A DNA stretch of 64,000 bases from Microgenomates group bacterium (GTDB taxonomy: Bacteria > Patescibacteriota > Microgenomatia > UBA12405), in the NCBI GenBank assembly GCA_049303675.1, contig JBAQNJ010000001.1, forward strand, positions 408,711-472,710, in the 5' to 3' direction. The number at the start of each line of letters is the position of its first letter. Positions within the stretch are counted from its first letter, which is position 1. The notes under the pieces were generated by a model. That model saw only the letters and a list, made by a program, of their open reading frames with translations, made no database searches and had not been told where the DNA came from. Both the position numbers and the translations under genes were made by a program. This document shows positions 18,963-26,471 of this stretch, piece by piece.

Positions 18963-19334
18963 TTATTCGCTAGTTTTGCGCTTTGATCGTAGCTGTTGCA
19001 CAAATCTGCTCATATTATTTAGCACCTCTTTAGTTTCTACACTCTCAAGTACATGTTCTGTAAATTTCACTGCGACTTCATAGTTTGGCTTATCTCGATT
19101 GCTTTCCTCAAACATCTCGAGAAGGTACTGCCTATCTCTATTTTGAACCCGTCCATCTTCTTGGGCCATTATCATTCCGCGGTAAGCAAAGTCAAAAAAC
19201 TCCCTCTCTGTTGGTAGAGAGTATGTTCTCAACATGATTTTGCAGAGTCCAATAACGTAATCGGCCACGTCATTCATTTCTTCAAATCGGTTTACATAGA
19301 CATCATTTTGATAATTCTCATTGTTAGTATTCAT
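18963..19334 (-). CDS. hypothetical protein
   Basis: 123-aa ORF divergent from the regulator gene. Confidence 0.4.
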   Translation of the reverse strand: MNTNNENYQNDVYVNRFEEMNDVADYVIGLCKIMLRTYSLPTEREFFDFAYRGMIMAQEDGRVQNRDRQYLLEMFEESNRDKPNYEVAVKFTEHVLESVETKEVLNNMSRFVQQLRSKRKTSE

Positions 19335-19393
19335 ATTTATTTAATTTCTAATTGCTCATAATATAACTTATAGGACGCGCAGATACTTGACAT

Positions 19394-19428
19394 AACCTGA
19401 CGCAAAACTGGACAAACCTGACACAAAA
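19394..19428 (+). promoter_or_regulatory. Two direct repeats AACCTGAC(G/A)CAAAA, 21-bp periodicity, abutting the regulator start codon
   Basis: Repeats at 19394-19407 and 19415-19428; a TTGACA hexamer at 19387-19392. Confidence 0.4.
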
Positions 19429-20510
19429 TGCTAGAATACTATCGTATTATGTACAACTACAGAATAAAAGAGACTACAAGTTGGGTTGACAAACTTATAT
19501 CCACTCGCGAATCCGGCACAATTATAGGATTGCCAATGTCAGGTAAACTTAAAACGATTGAGTCAGTTTTTGAGTCAAAAAATATAATCGACCATTTATT
19601 AGTTATCGATCTGTCCATCGCTCCAAAGCGAATCTCTGATTTCATATCAGTGGTTCAGCCAAAAATAAACCAGTTTATTTTATTAGGAGGCAAGGTCGTC
19701 TATTTTGAAAATTGCTCAATCAGTTCCAAAAACCGTCGTCGTCAACTAAAGGCAGCTGATTCAATTAGGACCGAAGCTCATCGCTCATATATCCATATTT
19801 TTAGTTTTTCTGAAGATATCTCTTTAAAAACCAAAGCAATCCAAAAATACAAATACCTTAACTCCATTCAAAACAATTGTTATTTTTTTCCTTACGCATC
19901 ACCGTCTGAAATCGCCGAGCTGGTGTCCCAAAACGAAAACCGATACCAAGAAAAAGTCCAACTGTCCTCGCCTGAGATATATTCACAAACCAGCGGTGTT
20001 CCTTATTTAGTAAAATCTTTTTTTCATGGTCACAATCAACTTGGCGACAGTATTCGCCATTATATTTCACAATTTTCTCGTGCTCAAATTAACGAGCTCA
20101 AACATCTGACTCCAACCACCATCAAATCTTACCGTCAGTTAGGTCTATTGACCGACAACGGAGACTTTATATCACCTAGTATTGCCAAAGAAATTTCAGA
20201 ATCAAAAGCTTGTTCAAAATTTGTTATTGATCCAGTCAAAAAACTAATTTCTGTCGATGGTCAATCAGTCGTTACTGACTTAAATAGTTATGAAAAAGAA
20301 ATTCTGTTCAAATTAAAACAAGACAACAAAATTTCTCGTGAAGAAATTGCTGTTTATTGTTATGGTTCCAAAAAAGCATCTAACTATTCAGATTATGCCA
20401 TTGACAAAATTATCTCTCGTCTACGCAATACTCTGACAAATTTAGGCGCTGACCCCTCGGTTATCAAAACCAATCGTGGGTTTGGTTACAGTCTCCACAA
20501 CCATGGCTAG
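19428..20510 (+). CDS. transcriptional regulator with C-terminal OmpR/PhoB-type winged helix and a novel N-terminal domain
   Basis: C-terminal SREEIAVYCYGS...IDKIISRLRNTL...VIKTNRGFGYSL matches the trans_reg_C domain. The N-terminal ~270 aa is not a receiver domain and contains a degenerate P-loop (IIGLPMSGKL). Confidence 0.55.
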   Translation: MLEYYRIMYNYRIKETTSWVDKLISTRESGTIIGLPMSGKLKTIESVFESKNIIDHLLVIDLSIAPKRISDFISVVQPKINQFILLGGKVVYFENCSISSKNRRRQLKAADSIRTEAHRSYIHIFSFSEDISLKTKAIQKYKYLNSIQNNCYFFPYASPSEIAELVSQNENRYQEKVQLSSPEIYSQTSGVPYLVKSFFHGHNQLGDSIRHYISQFSRAQINELKHLTPTTIKSYRQLGLLTDNGDFISPSIAKEISESKACSKFVIDPVKKLISVDGQSVVTDLNSYEKEILFKLKQDNKISREEIAVYCYGSKKASNYSDYAIDKIISRLRNTLTNLGADPSVIKTNRGFGYSLHNHG

Positions 20511-21597
20511 TCAACTTGATACCACACCTCGCCTAATTCAAAATTATTATTACGAACCTAAATTGCGCCCACCCGAGGCTTTTCTGGACCACCGATACCA
20601 AAGACTAGTCGAAATCCTTCACAAATCTCTACCTGACCCCCAAATGATAATGATTGGCTTTTGGCCGACTTATGACACTCGTCTCCTCGATCCGGATACT
20701 GTTGCTCAAATGGGTCAAAGCAGACAAAATCTTGATATTGACATGTTTCTACCGGTCGCCAGAACTGATGATGAGTACTGGACGAGAATATATCAAGAAG
20801 GGTACTCACCCGTGGAATATGCAGCTGCTCCAAATCGTGATCGAAAAATAATTCCTGTTGGCGGCAATCCTAATATTATATTTTTTGACGGTTTTACGTT
20901 CCTCTCACCTAAGCTAAGCCAATTATCAGAAGATGAGCTAAAGCCAATAATCAGCCAGGCTTTCTTCGATCATTTACCCAAAGAACATCGATATCAAAAA
21001 ACGGGACGTACTGGCGACCAATTAACCGTCATTGGTGAAGATGTCTCAATGTGGGGAGCCAATAGACGCGCTCAGCCAGAAGGTGAAGGTCGGCCATATC
21101 TCGAAATTATGCCACTTGTCGTTGATGGCCCGTATGAGGAATATCTAGACCGAACACTGGAGAGGTATGGTTATTCATCTGATCTTAGCCCGCTTTATTG
21201 TCAGGTCTACGAAGGTCAATACACTCCACTTGATCTGCATATACGAAAACCAGAATATTACTCATTTGGAATGTCGGGGCTTCCTGAGTTGAATTATGAA
21301 TATATAAAAGTGTCTCCAGCAAATGCCCTAAATTGGATCAGGCGTGGAGTCAAGACCATTGCTCTGTATTCGCAACTGGCCAACACTACTGGAAATTTAG
21401 GTGAACTTGTCATTCCACAGTTAGAACTTCTTTATCAGCATATCGATGCTATTGCATCCACTCAGCCAGATATTTACGACAGTGTTGAATTAGTTGATAA
21501 AATAAACTCCTCGTTTGCTGTAGTTGCCACAGTATTAAAACAAAGGCTAGGAATCGAAGTTCCGCCTGTTCTCCTAGCCAAATCGGAGCACACCTAG
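20503..21597 (+). CDS. hypothetical protein (about 365 aa), co-directional with the regulator
   Basis: Track ORF 20476..21597; the likely start is MASQLD. No recognisable domain. Confidence 0.45.
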   Translation: MASQLDTTPRLIQNYYYEPKLRPPEAFLDHRYQRLVEILHKSLPDPQMIMIGFWPTYDTRLLDPDTVAQMGQSRQNLDIDMFLPVARTDDEYWTRIYQEGYSPVEYAAAPNRDRKIIPVGGNPNIIFFDGFTFLSPKLSQLSEDELKPIISQAFFDHLPKEHRYQKTGRTGDQLTVIGEDVSMWGANRRAQPEGEGRPYLEIMPLVVDGPYEEYLDRTLERYGYSSDLSPLYCQVYEGQYTPLDLHIRKPEYYSFGMSGLPELNYEYIKVSPANALNWIRRGVKTIALYSQLANTTGNLGELVIPQLELLYQHIDAIASTQPDIYDSVELVDKINSSFAVVATVLKQRLGIEVPPVLLAKSEHT

Positions 21598-21715
21598 TCC
21601 AATTAATCCCGTTACAATTAGATAAATTGCCACCAATACTGACAATAGTTTTGGATTTACCAAAATTAGTATTCCAAAAACTAGTGACATTAAGGGGCTG
21701 ATATTTCTTAACATA

Positions 21716-21744
21716 TTGACTAAATTATATATCTAAAATAATAT
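21716..21744 (+). promoter_or_regulatory. sigma70-like promoter TTGACT-N17-TAATAT upstream of rarA
   Basis: Consensus-like hexamers about 30 nt upstream of the rarA ATG. Confidence 0.45.
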
Positions 21745-21771
21745 AGTGTATATCCGAATAAAACCCAAAAC

Positions 21772-22980
21772 ATGTCCAACCAGCCACTAGCCTCACATCT
21801 ACGTCCCAAAAGTTTAGCCGATTTTGTCGGCCAATCTCATCTAGTTGGCGAGGGCAAGCCTCTCCGTCTGGCCATCGACAACCATCAAATATTTTCCATG
21901 ATCTTTTGGGGGCCACCAGGGGTAGGCAAGACAACTTTAGCCAAAATTATTGCTCACGAAGCCCAAGCAGAGCTATACGAAATGTCCGCAGTCTCTGCCT
22001 CTAAAGATGATATAAAAAAAATTCTTGGTAATTCTGTAGAGACGCGCCATGGCACGTCTCTACCCTTAATAAAAAAAATATTATTTCTCGACGAAATCCA
22101 CCGCTTCAACAAAGCTCAGCAAGATTTTCTACTACCCTACGTCGAGTCAGGTCAATTGACTCTGATCGGTGCCACTACTGAAAATCCTAGTTTTGAGGTT
22201 ATTTCCCCACTTCTTTCCCGCTGTCGTGTCTTTACACTAAAAGAACTTTCTGATACTGAAATTGGACAAATTATTGACAGAACTGCCTCGATTCTTTCAC
22301 CCCTTGTTAAAGGGGGGACTAAAGGGGGGATTGGTAAACGTGCAAAAGATTGGCTAATCAGTATGGCCAATGGTGATGCTCGGCAGGCTATCACTATGAT
22401 TGACAATGCATTTACTCTTTATCAAAAAATCACCATTGATACCTTAAAGTCCACCTTACAAAATTCTTTTCTTCGTTTTGACAAGCAGGGCTCCGAGCAT
22501 TACGACACTATTTCCGCTTTTATCAAAAGTATGCGAGCATCAAATATCGATGCCGCCCTCTATTATTTGGCTCGGATGGTCGAGGCAGGGGAGGACCCCA
22601 AATTTATCGCTAGGCGGATGGTTATTTTTGCCTCCGAGGATATTGGCATGGCCAACTCCAATGCTCTGCTTTTGGCCAATCAGGTGTTTCAAGCCGTCAC
22701 TCAAATCGGCTATCCCGAGTGTGCTATCAGTTTGGCCCATGGAGTGGCATATTTAGCCTCGTCTGCTAAGAATCGATCCGCCTATGACGCACTCCGATCA
22801 GCCCAAGCCGATATCAAAACTTACGGCAATCTCCCTATCCCTCTCAATCTTCGCAACGCGGAGACTTCCCTGATGAAGGAGCTGGGTTACGGCAAGGGCT
22901 ATCAAAAATATACTACCGAATCTTTATTGCCTGACAAGATTAAAAACAAAAAATACTTTAAAAATTTAAAGAAAAAATGA
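21772..22980 (+). CDS. rarA: recombination factor RarA/MgsA (AAA+ ATPase)
   Basis: FVGQSHLVGEGKPLRL...FWGPPGVGKTTLAKIIA Walker A, followed by the MgsA C-terminal domain. Confidence 0.9.
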   Translation: MSNQPLASHLRPKSLADFVGQSHLVGEGKPLRLAIDNHQIFSMIFWGPPGVGKTTLAKIIAHEAQAELYEMSAVSASKDDIKKILGNSVETRHGTSLPLIKKILFLDEIHRFNKAQQDFLLPYVESGQLTLIGATTENPSFEVISPLLSRCRVFTLKELSDTEIGQIIDRTASILSPLVKGGTKGGIGKRAKDWLISMANGDARQAITMIDNAFTLYQKITIDTLKSTLQNSFLRFDKQGSEHYDTISAFIKSMRASNIDAALYYLARMVEAGEDPKFIARRMVIFASEDIGMANSNALLLANQVFQAVTQIGYPECAISLAHGVAYLASSAKNRSAYDALRSAQADIKTYGNLPIPLNLRNAETSLMKELGYGKGYQKYTTESLLPDKIKNKKYFKNLKKK

Positions 22981-23327
22981 AAAAGGTTGGCTTGTCTTCT
23001 CCAGCAATTTTTAATCAAAAAACCATTCGCCGGTTGTGGGATGACAATTGCGAATTATGGTACTTCTCTGTAATTGATGTTGTTGAGGCGCTTACAGACA
23101 GTAGTATCCCACGTCGATATTGGTCAGATTTAAAAAATAAACTAATCCAAGAAGGTAGTCAGGTGTACGAAAAAATCGTACAACTAAAGATGAAGTCCCC
23201 TGACGGAAAAAATTACTTCACTGACTGTGGTGATACTGAAACAATATTTAGAATAATCCAATCGATTCCTTCTCTGCAACGCCGAGACCTCGCTTATGAA
23301 AGCGCTTGGCTTTGGAAAGAGATATAA
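22977..23327 (+). pseudogene. truncated Bro-N/DinD-like gene (5' fragment) fused out of frame to a rarA 3' remnant
   Basis: Residues 1-98 are about 55% identical to the N-terminus of the 277-aa protein at 39910. Homology ends after RIIQSIPS at about 23271, exactly where the rarA 3' remnant begins. Confidence 0.6.
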
Positions 23328-23373
23328 AAAATACACAACCAAAGATTTACTCACAGATAAATTAAAAGGCTAA
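23272..23373 (+). repeat. diverged duplicate of the rarA 3' end (remnant)
   Basis: Frame 1 encodes NAETSLMKALGFGKRYKKYTTKDLLTDKLKG-stop, compared with rarA C-terminus NAETSLMKELGYGKGYQKYTTESLLPDKIKN. About 75% nucleotide identity to 22871-22948. Confidence 0.75.
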
Positions 23374-23401
23374 AAACATTATAAACAAACATAAAAATAA
23401 C

Positions 23402-23863
23402 ATGAAATCGGCATTAGAAAATACTAAAGTACTCTGGAGTCTAATTGAGTTAGCACGTGAATCAAGGAAGTCAAAAAGTGTCAAAGACAATCTTGCATCA
23501 GTATTAATTTATGCAAATTTAGCTGAATTTCTATCAGTGGGGATTCTAGATGCCGTTATATCAAGAATTGATAGTGAATCTTTTCTGAAGAAGTGTAAAA
23601 TTAACCCAAAATCATTTGATGAAAGTAAGTCAAATCTGGAAGCGATAGTTCCAAAGTTAAAATTGTTCAACTTTCCAAATGATTTTAAGATTATTCCTCT
23701 AATACTTAAAGTAAAGGATAATAGAAATAAATTATTTCACAATCTACTAAATATGAACCAAAAAAATCTAAACATGAACAGTCTTATAAGAAATATTCAA
23801 GTGGACACTGAAACATTATTTAAATATTGGTCAGCGATATATAAAGATCTTCTGAGTATATAA
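23402..23863 (+). CDS. hypothetical protein, possible HEPN-domain protein
   Basis: 153 aa, very AT-rich gene. RNKLFH fits the HEPN Rx4-6H motif in the C-terminal half. Confidence 0.35.
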   Translation: MKSALENTKVLWSLIELARESRKSKSVKDNLASVLIYANLAEFLSVGILDAVISRIDSESFLKKCKINPKSFDESKSNLEAIVPKLKLFNFPNDFKIIPLILKVKDNRNKLFHNLLNMNQKNLNMNSLIRNIQVDTETLFKYWSAIYKDLLSI

Positions 23864-23883
23864 AATAAATGCTCACCAAAAAA

Positions 23884-24408
23884 CTAAATATATTTCACTA
23901 ATTTTTCTTCAATATCTTTAGCTATAATTTCTGGCGCATCATGGGAATACATTTTGATATCACCCGTCCTTTGGTATTTATAGAATCTCTCATTTACTTT
24001 TTGGCCCTCCCGACCATTCTCTAGTTTTAAACCCCTGTTCATTTGTCGACTGATAATAATTTTTCTGCTAACTATTATGTCTGGTGATGGTAGCAGAAGT
24101 ACTGAAATCCCTTCCTTTGTTATTGTTTTTTTGTGCAAATTGGCCAAATCTTTGTACACCAAAAACCCAGATGACAATGCAAAAACACAATTATTTTCTG
24201 AGGTATTTAGCAGTTCATAAAACAACTTTGAATTATCGGTACAATATTTTTCATAAACAAAATTAGTATGTAAATATTTGTTCTCTTTTTTTGACCAAAA
24301 TATTTCATCTAGGTCAATTAACTGATAGCCCAAATTTTTTGCCAATATCTTGCCCACAGTTGACTTGCCAACCCCACCAGGTCCTATCATAAATATTCTC
24401 ATAAGCAA
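23884..24408 (-). CDS. P-loop kinase (shikimate-kinase/NMP-kinase-like)
   Basis: IFMIGPGGVGKSTVGKILAKNLGYQLIDLDEIF Walker A plus a kinase-like arrangement; 174 aa. Confidence 0.55.
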   Translation of the reverse strand: MLMRIFMIGPGGVGKSTVGKILAKNLGYQLIDLDEIFWSKKENKYLHTNFVYEKYCTDNSKLFYELLNTSENNCVFALSSGFLVYKDLANLHKKTITKEGISVLLLPSPDIIVSRKIIISRQMNRGLKLENGREGQKVNERFYKYQRTGDIKMYSHDAPEIIAKDIEEKLVKYI

Positions 24409-24428
24409 TAATAGCGCTAAAATATATA

Positions 24429-24758
24429 ATGTCCAAAACCATCGTACCTAGCCTCTTTACTCAAAAAGTCTGGCAGTTGGCACTTTCTATCCCTTATGGT
24501 CGGGTCACCACCTATGGCTATCTCACCGTGGCAGCTGGTGGCCATCCCATGATGGCCCAAATGATTACTACCATTCTTAGTCGTTCAACCAATGTCGATC
24601 GTATCCCGTTTCATCGCATAGTTTATGCCGGCGGTAGAGTATGGCTCGATGATAAGCATCGTAAAGATAGACTAAAACTATATAAATCAGAAAATATAAA
24701 TATTGATAAAAATAATAAGATAATCAACTTCGAAGAGATTGTCTACACTTTTTCTTGA
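24429..24758 (+). CDS. alkyltransferase-like protein (MGMT DNA-binding domain lacking the active-site Cys)
   Basis: TQKVWQLALSIPYGRVTTYGYLT...IPFHRIVYAGG. The canonical PCHRV has Phe in place of Cys. Confidence 0.65.
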   Translation: MSKTIVPSLFTQKVWQLALSIPYGRVTTYGYLTVAAGGHPMMAQMITTILSRSTNVDRIPFHRIVYAGGRVWLDDKHRKDRLKLYKSENINIDKNNKIINFEEIVYTFS

Positions 24759-24769
24759 CATCCTATAAG

Positions 24770-25252
24770 AGGGGAGGTACAATACCCTCACGTCTGAATT
24801 TTCGATGTAGCGTCGAACATATTCGGTCAGCCCTTTTACATTTTTTTTGGTTTGTGCTCAGGTTCACCTGAACTAACAAGTTGCCAATCCCTTGGCCATT
24901 TATTAGTTTAGGTGAAATGAAAATCCCCCCATCAATATATCCGGAGGGATTTTAGCTCACCTGGGCCGGACAGTCGCTCAACAAAGAAACAAAATCCGAG
25001 CGACTGTCCTCAATTACAATAGCTGAATAGTTCTTGGAGCTATTGTAAAAGTCTAGAGGGGCGAGCTCAGTCATCCCTCAAAACCTCCGTGCCGCAAGGC
25101 ACCCCACCCAACAAACCAAAAACCCCGAAAAAAGTACCAAGACCAAAAAAACCAATTTTATATCATTTGATATATTATTTATTTTTTTGCTCTACTTTTT
25201 TCACCCTCCACCTCGCTACATTATCAATTACCCCACTTGGGGTATTTTTTAT
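24770..25252 (+). ncRNA. structured GC-rich non-coding region, candidate ncRNA of unknown class
   Basis: No ORF. Hairpins present: 12-bp stem GGACAGTCGCTC/GAGCGACTGTCC (24970-25012), CAATAGCT/AGCTATTG (25019-25047), GTGCC-GCAA-GGCAC (GNRA tetraloop) near 25091, and a terminator-like CCCCACTTGGGG followed by TTTTTT at 25232-25252. Confidence 0.3.
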
Positions 25253-25567
25253 GTCACAATATGTCTATGTCTACCGATAAAACCACCCGAGGTGATTTCA
25301 AAATTCTTCTGATCATTATTTTATGCTCGACGCTGGTCTGGGGCTTTTTCAAATACAAGAACAAAGTTTTTCTACCCACTGCCACCTCTACCCAGTCCAC
25401 AGTCGCCAAATAATTTAGGGTGTATAATCCGGTATGAAAATATTTGATGGTCTAAATAGTAAAATCCAAACTTTAGTTACTGGTGTCCCCACCGAAGTTA
25501 CCACCATTAATGTTCTAGTCCCTCATCTCTACCCCAAACCACCAGAGGCTAATTGTGAAGTGTTAGT

Positions 25568-26242
25568 ATGATTCCCAAAAAGTCCGGCCCAGAATTACGT
25601 GCGTGGCTTCAAAAATATCTTGGTACCGACAAGCCTACCAACTGTACCCGCTCCATCGATATCAAATACCAAGCTACTCAAATCCTCCACGATTCAATTC
25701 ACAGCGCCACCGAGTTTTATAATTATATCGACCATCTCTATACCACCGGCACCACCTTTGAAGATCTAGCCCTCGCTGCCAGCATATTTAGCCGTGGCCA
25801 TAAATACCGGCAAGACTTTGACTTAAGTTATTTAGATAAATGGCTAAATTACACCGTTGGTTGGGCCGAAGTCGATTCACTATGCCAGTCCAATTTTCAT
25901 GCAATAGAATTGTTAAACAACTGGGACGATTGGCAAAAACTATTAACCAAATTATCAAACAGCCCAAATATTAATCAGCGCCGCGCCTCACTTGTGCTGT
26001 TATGCAAATCTCTAGGTGAGTCAGATGACCTACGTATCTATAATTTGGCGCTATCACTTGTAGAAAAAATGAAACACGAAAAAGAAGTCTTGATCACCAA
26101 AGCCATTTCATGGGTCCTTCGTCAAATGGTCAAGCATTACTCTCCAAAATTAAAGGTATATTTAGACAAAAACAAAGCCACCCTCCCCAAAATAGCCTAT
26201 CGCGAAACTCTCAAAAAAATAACTACTGGTAAGAAGAGTTAG
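25568..26242 (+). CDS. DNA alkylation repair enzyme, AlkD/AlkC-like HEAT-repeat glycosylase family
   Basis: NNWDDWQKLL...NQRRASLVLL...ITKAISWVLRQM pattern of the DNA_alkylation family. Confidence 0.6.
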   Translation: MIPKKSGPELRAWLQKYLGTDKPTNCTRSIDIKYQATQILHDSIHSATEFYNYIDHLYTTGTTFEDLALAASIFSRGHKYRQDFDLSYLDKWLNYTVGWAEVDSLCQSNFHAIELLNNWDDWQKLLTKLSNSPNINQRRASLVLLCKSLGESDDLRIYNLALSLVEKMKHEKEVLITKAISWVLRQMVKHYSPKLKVYLDKNKATLPKIAYRETLKKITTGKKS

Positions 26243-26465
26243 GGTCTTCTGGTACACGCAATACTCTTCTGGCATATTCCCTTCCTTCGTCATCTGTTTT
26301 TTGGGAAACAGAAACATCGACCAATTCGGACTCGACAACAATTTCTACCAGTCTATTAATTGCCTGATCTACCCTAGATTTAGGTAGTTCGCCATAAGTC
26401 CAAGGTTTGACTGGGAGAATGTGGGGTCTCTCTTTTTTTAATTCATCCATGATGTGTTTTATCAC
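26223..26465 (-). CDS. 82-codon ORF in the same frame as, and 2 codons downstream of, the DEAD-box helicase stop; possible severed C-terminal extension
   Basis: Minus-strand frame reads ...FVDGR-TAA-Q-G-V(GTG)-IKHIMDEL.... The single in-frame TAA is at 26472-26474. Confidence 0.35.
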   Translation of the reverse strand: MIKHIMDELKKERPHILPVKPWTYGELPKSRVDQAINRLVEIVVESELVDVSVSQKTDDEGREYARRVLRVPEDPNSSYQ

Positions 26466-26471
26466 ACCTTG

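Noticed and set aside
20500-21600. Higher-GC stretch of the 365-aa unknown gene as horizontally acquired DNA
   Set aside because: The difference in composition is modest and was not quantified. It cannot be distinguished from amino-acid-driven variation without computation.
25089-25280. 63-aa ORF (MPQGTPPNKPKTPKK...) in the structured intergenic region
   Set aside because: Low-complexity translation of CCA/AAA-rich sequence overlapping predicted hairpins. Unlikely to be coding.
24770-25560. Possible tmRNA, RNase P RNA, SRP RNA or tRNA in the GC-rich intergenic region
   Set aside because: No T-arm (GGTTCRAWTCC) or acceptor/CCA-adjacent pattern. No RNase P CR-I/CR-V (GGAAAGTCCGGGCTCC / ACAGAANCCGGCTTA) motifs and no tmRNA 5' GGGG...TCGACG / 3' T-arm on either strand. 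Kept only as an unclassified candidate ncRNA.
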